From contig JAKFBU010000039.1 in assembly GCA_036676985.1 (NCBI GenBank), positions 128,001 through 192,000 on the forward strand: a stretch of DNA of 64,000 nucleotides, given 5' to 3'. Shown here in pieces: positions 7,966-17,657 of this stretch (positions are counted from its first letter, which is position 1; the number at the start of each line of letters is the position of its first letter). The position numbers and the translations under genes were made by a program. Under the pieces are notes generated by a model that saw only the letters and a list, made by a program, of their open reading frames with translations, ran no database searches and was not told where the DNA came from. The stretch is from Candidatus Sericytochromatia bacterium (GTDB lineage Bacteria; Cyanobacteriota; Sericytochromatia; S15B-MN24; UBA4093).

Positions 7966-10638
7966 ATGATTACCACCCCCTCGGATCCCCAGCTCCTCAT
8001 CGAGGAGTTCGCCAAAAACCAGAAGTTCCCGCTCGACTCCTTCCAGATCGAGGCGATGGAGATCCTGGCGGGCGGGAAGTCGGTCCTGGTCTCGGCGCCC
8101 ACCGGCTCCGGCAAGACGATCGTCGCCGAGTTCGCGGTGTTCCTCGCCCTGAAGTCGAACACGCGCTGCATCTACACCACGCCCCTCAAGGCCCTCTCCA
8201 ACCAGAAGTACCGCGACCTCAAGGCCGCCCTGCCGGGCAAGGTCGGGCTCATGACGGGTGATGTGGTGCTCGAGCCCGACGCGCCCATCCTCATCATGAC
8301 CACCGAGATCCTGCGGAACATCCTCCACGCGGATCCCTCGCGGGTGGCGGACGTCTCGCACGTGATCCTCGACGAGGCCCACTACATCGGCTCCGAGGGA
8401 CGCGGTACGGTCTGGGAAGAGACGATCGTCTTCCTCAACAAGCACACCTCCGTGACGGCCCTGTCGGCCACCATCCCCAACGCCGAAGAGCTCGCCACCT
8501 GGGTCAGCTCCGTCCACAAGGACATGGAGGTCGTCTACCACGCCGAGCGCCCGGTGCCCCTCAAGGCCTTCGTCGCGGCGCCCACCATCAAGCCCCTGTT
8601 CAACGATCGCGGCCGGCTCAACGTCAAGCGGTTCGGCGACGACGAGGGCTGGGTCGAGCAGCCGGACCCCGTCACGGTGGTGCGCGAGCTGAAGCAGAAG
8701 GAGATGCTGCCCGCCATCTACTTCGTCTTCAGCCGCATGGGCTGCGAGGAGCAGGCCAAGGACGTCATCAACGCGGATCTCGAGCTGACGACGCCCGAGG
8801 AGCGCGCCGAGATCGAGGCGATGGTCAAGGAGGCCGTCCAGCAGACCCCCGGCATGCTGGGCTCCCATGCGACCAAGCGCTGGCTGGACCTCTTGCCCTA
8901 CGGCGCGGCCCCTCACCATGCGGGCCTCCTGCCGCCGCTCAAGTTCCTCATCGAGCGCCTCTTCCAGAAGGCCCTCATCAAGGTCGTCTTCGCCACCGAG
9001 ACCCTCGCCGCGGGCATCAACATGCCGGCGCGCACGGTCGTGCTCTCGAGCGTCATCAAGCGCACGGACGAGGGCAACCGCATGCTCACGGTGGGCGAGT
9101 TCCAGCAGATGATGGGCCGCGCCGGCCGCCGCGGCATGGACGTGGTCGGCTACGGCGTGGTGGTCGTGAGCCACCGCTACTCGCCCATGGAGGTCGCGCA
9201 CCTGGTCTCGGGCGGCGTCGAGCCCCTCAAGAGCCGCTTCACCCTCAACTTCAACATGGTCGCGAACCTCACGCACCGCTACGACGAGGACTCCGCCCGC
9301 CGGATCGTCGAGCAGAGCTTCGCGCAGTTCCAGAGCTCCGGGGCGGTCGCCTCCCTGTTCGATCGGAGGCGCCGGGCGCAGGAGCGCCTTTCGGTCCTCG
9401 ACAGCCGCTGTCCCCTCGACGAGGCCAAGCAGCGCGAGGCACTCCTCGACGAGCTGAAGCTCATGCGCGGCAACCGCGAGAGCCTGCGCAAGCGGCTCTC
9501 CAACCTCGAGACCTCGCGCCAGTACGTGTCGCGCCAGTCGGCGGTCTCGCAGCTCGCCCAGGCCGCCAAGGGCAGCTGGGTGCTGGTGCACCCGCCGGGT
9601 ACCCCCGGCCCTCAGCTCGGCATCCTCTTGGACGTCCAGACGGTCAAGAGCGGGGACGTCCACTACTCGGTCCTCCTGGAGACGCCGGCCATCACCCGGC
9701 TGGGGGGCCGGCACCTGGTCATGGTGCTGCCGGCCGAGCCCGTGCACGGCCTGCCCGAGCAGGTGGTCGAGAAGGCGGGCCGGATCAGCTACCTGCAGCA
9801 GCACACGCCGGGCGACTACCGCCCCACCTGGCACGAGTGGATCGATGCGAGCGGGCTCGATCTCGAGGCCATGGTCAAGCCCATCACCGAGCCGCCGGAG
9901 ATCGTGAAGGCGCGCGCCAAGCTGCGCGAGGTGGAGAGCCAGCTCAAGATCTTCCCGTGCAGCGGCTGCAAGCAGCGCAAGGGCTGCCAGGACGCGGTCA
10001 AGGACGGGCGCGTCCTCGAGCAGGAGGTGGCCCGGTACTCGAAGGAGATCGACATCATCCACTCCAACCACTGGAGGGGGTTCCAGAAGCTGGTGCGCTT
10101 CCTGAACGAGACGGGCTTCATGCGGGGCCGCGAGCTGTTGGCCCGCGGTCAGGCCCTCGCCAACGTGCGAACCAGCAACGAGCTCGTCTGCGCGGAGGCG
10201 ATCGCGGGCGACTACCTCCAGGACCTGACGCCGGTCGAGATGGCAGCGGTGGTGAGCGCGCTGGTCGCCGAGCCGGTGCGCGGGCGGCAGAGCTGGCGAT
10301 CGCTCAAGTTCAGCCCGACCTTGCACCACGTCTTCGAGACGCTCGCCAAGGCGGCCAAGAACCTCGCGCGGGTGCAGCTAAAGTACGAGCTCGAGCAGCC
10401 GATCTACCTGGTGACGGACTACGTGGGCCTGACGCAGGCCTGGGCCGAGGGCCTCGAGTGGGCTCCCATCATCGAGGCGTCGGGCATCGACGAGGGCCAG
10501 CTGGTGCGGCACCTGCGCCAGGTGATCGATCTCCTGCAGCAGCTGCGGGACATCCCCGGGGTGGGCGAGACCTTCCGGGCCCGGGCCCGCGAGGCCGTCG
10601 GCCTGTTGGACCGCGATATCGTCAGGGAAGTCTTCTAG
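7966..10638 (+). CDS. Ski2/HelY-like DExH-box RNA helicase with DSHCT-type C-terminus
   Basis: APTGSGKT, PLKALSNQK, DEAH, SAT, ATETLAAGINMPA, QMMGRAGRRG. Confidence 0.92.
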   Translation: MITTPSDPQLLIEEFAKNQKFPLDSFQIEAMEILAGGKSVLVSAPTGSGKTIVAEFAVFLALKSNTRCIYTTPLKALSNQKYRDLKAALPGKVGLMTGDVVLEPDAPILIMTTEILRNILHADPSRVADVSHVILDEAHYIGSEGRGTVWEETIVFLNKHTSVTALSATIPNAEELATWVSSVHKDMEVVYHAERPVPLKAFVAAPTIKPLFNDRGRLNVKRFGDDEGWVEQPDPVTVVRELKQKEMLPAIYFVFSRMGCEEQAKDVINADLELTTPEERAEIEAMVKEAVQQTPGMLGSHATKRWLDLLPYGAAPHHAGLLPPLKFLIERLFQKALIKVVFATETLAAGINMPARTVVLSSVIKRTDEGNRMLTVGEFQQMMGRAGRRGMDVVGYGVVVVSHRYSPMEVAHLVSGGVEPLKSRFTLNFNMVANLTHRYDEDSARRIVEQSFAQFQSSGAVASLFDRRRRAQERLSVLDSRCPLDEAKQREALLDELKLMRGNRESLRKRLSNLETSRQYVSRQSAVSQLAQAAKGSWVLVHPPGTPGPQLGILLDVQTVKSGDVHYSVLLETPAITRLGGRHLVMVLPAEPVHGLPEQVVEKAGRISYLQQHTPGDYRPTWHEWIDASGLDLEAMVKPITEPPEIVKARAKLREVESQLKIFPCSGCKQRKGCQDAVKDGRVLEQEVARYSKEIDIIHSNHWRGFQKLVRFLNETGFMRGRELLARGQALANVRTSNELVCAEAIAGDYLQDLTPVEMAAVVSALVAEPVRGRQSWRSLKFSPTLHHVFETLAKAAKNLARVQLKYELEQPIYLVTDYVGLTQAWAEGLEWAPIIEASGIDEGQLVRHLRQVIDLLQQLRDIPGVGETFRARAREAVGLLDRDIVREVF

Positions 10639-10708
10639 CGAACGCCGTCGGGCGGCTCAGGCGAGCCGCCCGTCTTCATGGCAAGTGCATGTCGTGGCGG
10701 TGAAAGGC

Positions 10709-10796
10709 CGTCACCCCGGCGAAGGCCGGGGTCCAGGGCATGCGCCCGTAGAGCCGACCCTGGATCCCGGCTTTCGCCGGGATCCAGGGTCGGCTC
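10709..10796. repeat. REP-like palindrome pair (CGTC-tagged type)
   Basis: cgtc-accccggc-gaag-gccggggt-cca, then a 21-bp-stem hairpin gagccgaccctggatcccggc-tttc-gccgggatccagggtcggctc. Confidence 0.65.
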
Positions 10797-10859
10797 GCTG
10801 TCGTGGAGCTCTCCATCAAAGATGAAACGTTGGGTCGATACCAGCGAGGTGAAAGAGAC

Positions 10860-11003
10860 CTAGTGGTACGTCCCCCACCGGGCGAACGATCGTAGGGCGA
10901 AGAGGACGATCCCCGTCCACAGGATCGAGACGCCGTGCTGGTTCAACAGCGCAGGGGCCTCGCGCACGATCTGATCCATAAAAGCGCCGGCTTGCTCGAA
11001 CAT
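10860..11003 (-). CDS. 47-aa small membrane protein (below ORF track cutoff)
   Basis: GGAGGAGGAG RBS; MFEQAGAFMDQIVREAPALLNQHGVSILWTGIVLFALRSFARWGTYH. Confidence 0.55.
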   Translation of the reverse strand: MFEQAGAFMDQIVREAPALLNQHGVSILWTGIVLFALRSFARWGTYH

Positions 11004-11229
11004 GACTCCTCCTCCGCAGGGCACTCCACTCACCGTATCTTGCCGCGCGCCGGTTGAATCCCGATCACGCCGACCTTTCGGAAAGGTTGCATGTGAGAGC
11101 CTGCCTCGACTTTTACAAACCTTACGCCAGTCTTAAATCAGCCTTAAACGGATCGGCGCAAGATCCTCCGCCCATCAGTCCAAATACTGTTAAGAGCAAA
11201 GGGTTTTGGGATTCACTTGGAGGTGGAAA

Positions 11230-11811
11230 ATGACGTTTCGCAAGCAGGCCATCCTGTTGGTCGTCGGCGCCCTGTTCCTCACGATGGGGACCGGCTGCGG
11301 CCGCACCCCGACCGGCGTGGACGACGGTACGGGTAGCGACACCCCGTACGAAGATCCCAGCGGCAGCACCGGCGGCAACCTCAACAACGGCGGCAACAGC
11401 TGGAACAACAACGGCAACGGCTCGATCTTCAATCCGGGCAGCGGCCAGACCCAGACGCCGGTCCAGATCAATGCCACGGTGACCAACAAGAAGATGAAGG
11501 GCATTCTCTTCTGGAAGAAGATCGATACCGTCACCGTCCAGCTGCAGAACCCTTCGAACCAGAGTGTTTCCGGCAAGCTCACCGTGACCTTCTCCAAGAA
11601 GGGCCAGCAGGTCGAGACCCAGGATCAGACCTTCTCGCTCTCGGGCGGTCAGACCACGACGGTCGAGGTCAAGCCCGCGCAGTCGTCGGATGACGCCGTC
11701 GCATCGGCGACCAGCGACTCCGCCCTGGGCGGCGGCACCACAGGCGGCGGTTTCGGCGGCAGCACCGGCTTCGGCGGCTCGACCGGCTTCGGCGGCGGCA
11801 GCTCTTTCTAA
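11230..11811 (+). CDS. Lipoprotein with Gly/Asn-rich linker and Ig-like beta domain
   Basis: GGAGG RBS; basic-hydrophobic signal with GTGC lipobox; GGSTGF repeats at C-terminus. Confidence 0.75.
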   Translation: MTFRKQAILLVVGALFLTMGTGCGRTPTGVDDGTGSDTPYEDPSGSTGGNLNNGGNSWNNNGNGSIFNPGSGQTQTPVQINATVTNKKMKGILFWKKIDTVTVQLQNPSNQSVSGKLTVTFSKKGQQVETQDQTFSLSGGQTTTVEVKPAQSSDDAVASATSDSALGGGTTGGGFGGSTGFGGSTGFGGGSSF

Positions 11812-11848
11812 AGCGTCCCTCCCCACCCCAACCCCATTCCCCTGCTCG

Positions 11849-11888
11849 CGACAGGCCCCAGGCATTGCCTGGGGCCTGTCGTATTTTC
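11849..11888 (+). terminator. Intrinsic terminator
   Basis: cgacaggccccaggca/tgcctggggcctgtcg stem + TATTTT. Confidence 0.7.
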
Positions 11889-11941
11889 CCGAGGGGCCGA
11901 TTCCCTTGTTACCAAGCCGTTTCCGGTGGTAGGATGGTGAC

Positions 11942-12715
11942 ATGGGCCAGGCCATCATCGATCCCCTACGCAACTTCCTCACCGTGCTCGGCGGCATGGG
12001 GCGCTTTCTCGGCGACATCCTGGTCGCCATGCTCAAGCCGCCCTATTTCTTCACCGAGACCCGGCGGGCGCTGTTCAACGTCTCCTTCCAGTGCCTGGTG
12101 CCCGTGCTCGCCATCATGACGGCCGTGGGCATGATCGGCGCCCTGCAAGGCCTCGCGGTCATCCGCATCTTCGGCGCGGACCACGTGCTCTCGAGCTTGC
12201 TCGCCGAGTCCATCCTGCGCGAGATGGCCCCCACCCTCTCGGCCATCATGATCGCGGCCCAGGCGGGCACGGCGATCGCGGGCGAAATCGGCACCATGCG
12301 CGTCAAGGAAGAGATCGACGCCCTGGGCGTCATGGCCGTGCGCCCCCTCAAGTACGTCGTCATCCCGCGCCTTTTCGCCCTCATCGTGGCCTGCCCCATC
12401 ATCAGCCTGTTCGGCTCCTTGGCCGGCATGGTCGGGGGCTTTGCGGTGGCCGTCGGCCTCAAGGGCGTCACCAAGGGCGTCTTTCTCGCCAACCTCCTGG
12501 ACTTCGTCCAGATGCACGTCATCTTCGGCGGCCTGCTCAAGAGCTGCGTCTTCGGCGCCCTGATCGGCCTCATCGCCTGCTACTACGGCTACAACGTGAC
12601 CGGCGGCGCCCAGGGCGTCGGCAAGGCCGCCAACAAGACCGTCGTGCACGCCATCGTGGCGATCGCCATCTGCAACTACTTCATCACCACCTGGCTCCTC
12701 AAGGTGCTCGGCTGA
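11942..12715 (+). CDS. mlaE: MlaE-family ABC permease
   Basis: REMAP, EIGTMRVKEEIDAL, GAQGVGKA. Confidence 0.92.
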   Translation: MGQAIIDPLRNFLTVLGGMGRFLGDILVAMLKPPYFFTETRRALFNVSFQCLVPVLAIMTAVGMIGALQGLAVIRIFGADHVLSSLLAESILREMAPTLSAIMIAAQAGTAIAGEIGTMRVKEEIDALGVMAVRPLKYVVIPRLFALIVACPIISLFGSLAGMVGGFAVAVGLKGVTKGVFLANLLDFVQMHVIFGGLLKSCVFGALIGLIACYYGYNVTGGAQGVGKAANKTVVHAIVAIAICNYFITTWLLKVLG

Positions 12716-13476
12716 TGGTGCGCCTCGTCGCCAAAGGAGCGGACGTCCTCGCCGAGTTCGGCGCCGTCGTGCGCTTCTGGGGTCAGATCCTGCGCTGGAT
12801 CTTCCACAAGCGCCCGAGCTTCGCCCTGATCCTCGAGCAGATGGTCAAGATCGGCCTCGAGAGCTTCCCGGTCATCATGGCCATCTGCGCCTTCGTGGGC
12901 TCGAACATCGTGCTGGTCGGCTACTTCGTGTTCCAGCGCTTCGGCGGCCAGGACATGGTGGGCGCCTACTCGGGCCTCATGTGCCTGCGCGAGTTCTCGC
13001 CCATCATCGTGGGCGCCATGATGGCGGCCAAGCCCGGCACGGACATGACGGCCACCATCGCCACCATGCGCATCAAAGAGCAGATCGACGCCCTCGAGGT
13101 CATGGCCGTCAACCCCTTCTGGTACCTGATGGTGCCCCGGTTCATCGCCTTCGTGCTGGTGGCGCCCTGCCTGATCGTCTTCTCGTCCATGGCGGCCATC
13201 GCCGCGGGCTACCTGGTGGCCGTCTACCAGCTGGGCGTCAACTCCGGCACCTTCATCGCGGACGTGACCCGCTACCTGACGGTGCAGGACCTGCAGGCCG
13301 CCATGCTCAAGGGCTGCATCTTCGCCATCCTGACCTGCATCATCGCCTGCTACTACGGCTTCAACAGCGCGCCGGGCCCGCAGGGCGTCAGCCGGGCCAT
13401 CAACCGGACGGTCGTCGTGATCGCCACCATGATCGTCATCGTGAACTACTTTTTGTCCGAAGCGCTCTTTGGGTAG
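12715..13476 (+). CDS. mlaE: Second MlaE-family ABC permease
   Basis: TGATG coupling at 12713-12717; REFSP, TMRIKEQIDALEVM, GPQGVSRA. Confidence 0.9.
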   Translation: MVRLVAKGADVLAEFGAVVRFWGQILRWIFHKRPSFALILEQMVKIGLESFPVIMAICAFVGSNIVLVGYFVFQRFGGQDMVGAYSGLMCLREFSPIIVGAMMAAKPGTDMTATIATMRIKEQIDALEVMAVNPFWYLMVPRFIAFVLVAPCLIVFSSMAAIAAGYLVAVYQLGVNSGTFIADVTRYLTVQDLQAAMLKGCIFAILTCIIACYYGFNSAPGPQGVSRAINRTVVVIATMIVIVNYFLSEALFG

Positions 13477-13485
13477 ATAGGGCTT

Positions 13486-14289
13486 ATGAACACCGAGTCG
13501 ACACACGTCATCACGGGCTCCGGGCCGCTGCCGAACGACACCATCGTCGAGTTCCGCAACGTCCACAAGGCCTTTGGCAAGCAGAAGGTCCTCGATGACG
13601 TCAGCTTGCGCATCGAGCGCGGCAAGACCACGGTCATCATCGGCCCCTCGGGCACGGGCAAGTCCGTCTTCATCAAGCTCCTGGTCGGCCTCTTGCGGCC
13701 GGATCAGGGGGCCATCACCGTGGACGGCCTGGACATCACGCGGATGAAGGAGCGCGAGCTCTACGAGACCCGCAAGAAGTTCGGCATGCTCTTCCAGGAC
13801 GGCGCCCTGTTCGACTCGATGAACGTCGCGGACAACGTGGCCTTCCCCCTGCGCCAGCACACCAAGAAGTCCGAGCGCGAGATCCGCGAGATCGTCGCCG
13901 CCAAGCTCGCGCAGGTGGGTCTGCCCAACGTGGAGCACAAGTTCCCGTCGGAGCTCTCGGGCGGCATGCGCAAGCGCGTCGGAATCGCCCGGGCGATCGC
14001 CCTGGAGCCTGAGATCGTGCTCTTCGACGAGCCCAACTCGGGCCTGGACCCCGTCATGTCGGACGCCATCGACAAGCTGATCCTGCGCATGCAGCACGAG
14101 CTGGGCCTGACCTTCATCGTGATCAGCCACGACATCCCCGGCACCTTCCAGATCGCCGATCGCATCGCCATGCTCTACAAGAGCAAGCTGATCGCCTACG
14201 GTTCCCGCGAGAAGCTGCAAACCTCGGACAACCCCATCCTGCGCCAGTTCTTCGACCGCAGCGCGGACGGGCCCATCCAGGTCGTCTAA
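13486..14289 (+). CDS. mlaF: MlaF/Mkl ABC ATP-binding protein
   Basis: GPSGTGKS, LSGGMRKRV, FDEPNSGLDP, SHD. Confidence 0.93.
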   Translation: MNTESTHVITGSGPLPNDTIVEFRNVHKAFGKQKVLDDVSLRIERGKTTVIIGPSGTGKSVFIKLLVGLLRPDQGAITVDGLDITRMKERELYETRKKFGMLFQDGALFDSMNVADNVAFPLRQHTKKSEREIREIVAAKLAQVGLPNVEHKFPSELSGGMRKRVGIARAIALEPEIVLFDEPNSGLDPVMSDAIDKLILRMQHELGLTFIVISHDIPGTFQIADRIAMLYKSKLIAYGSREKLQTSDNPILRQFFDRSADGPIQVV

Positions 14290-14326
14290 CCAGAGGAGTC
14301 CCGAGCCCCCGGCTCACAGGAGAGTT

Positions 14327-15355
14327 ATGGAACGGAAGCTATTCAACGACGTCGCCCTCGGGGCCTTCATCGTGTCCGCCCTGGGCTTGTTGGCCTACAT
14401 GTCGATCGCGGTGGGCGGCCTCAAGGTGGGCAACGCCATCGTGGTCTCCGCGAAGTTCGACAACGCGGCGGGCCTGGTCAAGGACGGGGCCGTCATGATC
14501 GCGGGCGTGAACGTCGGCTCGGTCGACTCCCTGCAGGTGGCGCACGACAAGGCGCTGGTCAAGCTGCGGCTCAAGACCGACGCCCACGTGCGCAGCGACG
14601 TCAAGGCGGCCATCCGCATGAAGAGCCTCTTGGGCGAGAAGTACATCGAGCTCCTGCCGCAGTCCGAATCGGCCCCCATGCTCCAGAGCGGCGACACCAT
14701 CGCCGAGACCACCGTCCCGGTCGAGGTCGACGAGGTCATGAAGCAGATCGGCCCCGTGCTCAAGGACGTGGACCCCAAGGAGGTCTCGGCCATCGTGCAC
14801 GCCCTCGCCAAGAGCCTGGACGGCCGCGGCGAGACGATCGGCGCCACCCTCGACAACGCCAACGAGACGATGGTCACGCTCAACCGCTTCCTCACCAAGA
14901 ACGAGGACAGCCTCAGCCGCATGGTCGCGAGCCTCGACTCCGCCTCGAGCAAGGCCCCGGGCCTCGTCGACCGGCTCGATCGCCTCACCGCGAGCCTGGA
15001 GCCCGCCGCCAAGTCCCTCGAGACCCGCGGCCCCAGCCTGATCGCCCGCCTGGATCGGGTCTCGGAGCAGCTGGAGCCCGCGACCGCAGCACTCGCCAAG
15101 AAGGGCCCCGGCCTCATCGACAAGACGGACCGGACGCTCGCGGCCCTCGAGCCCTCGCTCACGCGCCTGCCCAAGACGCTCGACGCGGCGAGCCCCACCC
15201 TCCAGAAGCTGCCCAAGACCCTCGACACGCTGGATCGCCTGGTCACGCGGCTCGAGAGCACGCTCGACAAGGTGGAGCCGCTGGTCGACCAGACCAAGGG
15301 CCAGCAGCTCTTCGACAAGGACGGTTCCATCAAGGTCAAGGCGCGGCTCTTCTAG
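14327..15355 (+). CDS. mlaD: MlaD/MCE-family protein with long helical extension
   Basis: N-terminal TM, AAGL..G..V.IAGVNVGSV, SLLGEKYIEL. Confidence 0.9.
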   Translation: MERKLFNDVALGAFIVSALGLLAYMSIAVGGLKVGNAIVVSAKFDNAAGLVKDGAVMIAGVNVGSVDSLQVAHDKALVKLRLKTDAHVRSDVKAAIRMKSLLGEKYIELLPQSESAPMLQSGDTIAETTVPVEVDEVMKQIGPVLKDVDPKEVSAIVHALAKSLDGRGETIGATLDNANETMVTLNRFLTKNEDSLSRMVASLDSASSKAPGLVDRLDRLTASLEPAAKSLETRGPSLIARLDRVSEQLEPATAALAKKGPGLIDKTDRTLAALEPSLTRLPKTLDAASPTLQKLPKTLDTLDRLVTRLESTLDKVEPLVDQTKGQQLFDKDGSIKVKARLF

Positions 15356-15378
15356 TCGCTTCGATCGATCGGTACGCG

Positions 15379-15413
15379 ATCGCCACCCCCTCACGGCGAG
15401 GGGGTGGCGATTT
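15379..15413 (+). terminator. Intrinsic terminator after mla operon
   Basis: atcgccaccccctc-acggc-gagggggtggcgat + TT. Confidence 0.7.
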
Positions 15414-15481
15414 GCCTAGGACACAAGTTTATGGCCGGAAACGGGCATAACTAGACTATCCCTTGCCCTTCAGGAGGCGCC

Positions 15482-17092
15482 ATGTTCTCGATCGATCGCA
15501 TCCTCAATTCGTTCAAGCCATTCTCCAAGCCGGCGGAGAAGCCGCCCACGGAGAAGCCGCAGACGGGGCCCGCCGCGGCGCGGCCCGTGAGCGAGAAGGA
15601 CGCCTTGAAGCTCTCCAGCAAGCTTCCCGCAGCGGACGCGATCGCGCCGGCCAGCCTCTCGAGCGAGGAGCAGTCGCTCCAGCAGGCGCGCCTCCTGCCC
15701 GAGAACTACGCGGAGCTCAAGGCCGTGATGCTCGCCAAGGGCGTCGATGCTGCCAAGCAGCTCTACCGCAAGGGCAAGAACGGTCCCTTCTCACCGGACT
15801 TCGGCAACCCCATCGAGATGCTGAAGGCCGCCAAGCGCATCCAGGCCAGTCCGGAGCTCAGCCGCTTGGTCAAGGATGTCCGCAAGGGCGACATCGTGGT
15901 CGAGACGTACAACAAGCCCGACGATCCCATCACCCGGTTCACCAAGGGCCCCTTCGTCCATGCCAGCATTTGCATCTCGGACGAGGCGCCCCCCCAGTTC
16001 ATCGAGGCGGTGGGCATTACCGGCAGCTCCGGCGATCCGACCACCAACCGGGTCCGCTACACGACGCTGTCGGCCCACGACACGATGACCTACCGCATCG
16101 TGCGCCCCACCGAGGGCATGGACGAGCCCGCCAAGAGCCATGCCATCAACCGGGCCATCCGCTACTCGGAGGAGCAGCTGGGCAAGAGCTACGACTACGC
16201 CTTCACGGACCGGAACCGGGGTAGCGGCGTGACGGATGCCTACTACTGCAGCGAGCTCACCTACCTGGCCTACGCGAGCCCCGACGGGGCCAACCTCAAC
16301 ATGCCCGTCGGCAAGTCCACCGAGCGCGACGAGATCATCGTGGCGCTCAACGCGGTGGTGGACGCCCTCCAGCCGACCAACAAGGCCGAGCTCATGGACG
16401 AGGCCATGAAGCTCGTGAAGCGCAACCCCAAGCCCACCACCTCCGACATGGTGGCCTTCATCGTCGACGAGGTCATGACCAAGTGCGAGGCGACCGAGGA
16501 CCTGACCCGCTCCGACGCGGATCGGGACCGCCTCAAGAAGACCGTCGAGTCCCTCATGGAGGGCAAGGCCTTCGGGAACCTGCACTTTGCCCTGGGAGAG
16601 TACCACCAGCAGGAGGCCAGCGGTCAGTTCGATACGCCGGTCATCGGCTGGGGCCGCCAGCAGAAGGCGCGCGCCGCCATCGCCCTCGGCTTCGCCAAGG
16701 ACGCCGGCCACCTGCTCGGCACGAGCGGCCTGGACTTCTCGGAGACCGCCAAGACCACCTGGAACGTGCTCGCGGCCGTGTTGCCCCATTCCGAGGTCCT
16801 GGCATCCTTCCTGTTCGGCCCCAACGACGGTCGCACCCAGGCGGTGGGCAAGGTCCTGGACAGCATGGAGTGGGTCCAAAAGCATGCCCCTGATCTGCCC
16901 GTGGTCGGGGACTTCGGCCTCCATAACCTGCCGGAGCGCGCCAAGCCCAGCATCAAGACGGACTTCGTGAGCCCCACGGACCTCGCATGGAGCGGGCTCA
17001 GCGGGGAGAACTACAACGTGCTCCCGGGCCATCCGGTCGATCAGAAGGCCTTCGAGCGGACCTACGAGGAGGACCCCGTCCTGGCGAACTAG
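15482..17092 (+). CDS. Permuted papain-like amidase (YiiX/YaeF, C92) domain protein
   Basis: GDIVV, HASI, GKSYDYAF, YYCSEL, distant VSPTDL; AGGAGG RBS. Confidence 0.8.
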   Translation: MFSIDRILNSFKPFSKPAEKPPTEKPQTGPAAARPVSEKDALKLSSKLPAADAIAPASLSSEEQSLQQARLLPENYAELKAVMLAKGVDAAKQLYRKGKNGPFSPDFGNPIEMLKAAKRIQASPELSRLVKDVRKGDIVVETYNKPDDPITRFTKGPFVHASICISDEAPPQFIEAVGITGSSGDPTTNRVRYTTLSAHDTMTYRIVRPTEGMDEPAKSHAINRAIRYSEEQLGKSYDYAFTDRNRGSGVTDAYYCSELTYLAYASPDGANLNMPVGKSTERDEIIVALNAVVDALQPTNKAELMDEAMKLVKRNPKPTTSDMVAFIVDEVMTKCEATEDLTRSDADRDRLKKTVESLMEGKAFGNLHFALGEYHQQEASGQFDTPVIGWGRQQKARAAIALGFAKDAGHLLGTSGLDFSETAKTTWNVLAAVLPHSEVLASFLFGPNDGRTQAVGKVLDSMEWVQKHAPDLPVVGDFGLHNLPERAKPSIKTDFVSPTDLAWSGLSGENYNVLPGHPVDQKAFERTYEEDPVLAN

Positions 17093-17172
17093 GGTTACGG
17101 AACGTAACAAAGGGCCCCTCGGCCGCATCGTGCCTTATAATGGCCTTAACGCAAGCATCAGAGGAGAGACCC

Positions 17173-17613
17173 GTGCAGCAGCCCCAGGCCCACCCACTCC
17201 CCACGACCGAGCCGCTCGTCTCGGCCGTCGTCGCGCCGACGGCGCATCGGGTGCCGGCCGCAGCGCTCCACTTCGGCGCCCTCCTCCTGGCCCGGCGCGT
17301 CATCACGGGCGACCAGCTCGACCATGCCCTCGAGTTGCAGGCGGCGAGCCCTTACCTGCGCATCGGCGAGATCCTCCTGGGCCTCGGCTACATCTCCTTC
17401 GCTCAGCTCAAGAGCACCTTGGAGGACCAGTACCATGACGTGCGGCTCGGAGAGCTGCTGCTGCAGCTCGGCATCGTGACGCCGCCCCAGATCGAGGCAG
17501 CCCTGGAGCTGCAAGAGCGCAGCGGCCTCCGGCTCGGCCCCGCCCTCATCGAGCTCGAGGCCTGCAGCGAGGCCCATATCTACCGGGTACTCGCGAGCCA
17601 GGACCCCCACTAA
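17173..17613 (+). CDS. Stand-alone tandem MshEN (GSPII_N) domain protein, probable c-di-GMP receptor
   Basis: Four RLG-type half-motifs, e.g. RIGEILLGLGYISFAQLKSTLEDQ and RLGELLLQLGIVTPPQIEAALELQ; GAGGAG RBS before GTG. Confidence 0.8.
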   Translation: MQQPQAHPLPTTEPLVSAVVAPTAHRVPAAALHFGALLLARRVITGDQLDHALELQAASPYLRIGEILLGLGYISFAQLKSTLEDQYHDVRLGELLLQLGIVTPPQIEAALELQERSGLRLGPALIELEACSEAHIYRVLASQDPH

Positions 17614-17619
17614 ACCTTG

Positions 17620-17649
17620 AACCCCCGCGTCCGAGGACGCGGGGGTTTT
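17620..17649. terminator. Terminator between convergent genes
   Basis: aacccccgcgtcc-ga-ggacgcgggggtt-tt. Confidence 0.7.
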
Positions 17650-17657
17650 CACGGGGG

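Noticed and set aside
7207-10329. 1040-aa minus-strand ORF
   Set aside because: Antisense shadow of the helicase; only its last 211 codons (rnhB, from 7842) are a real gene
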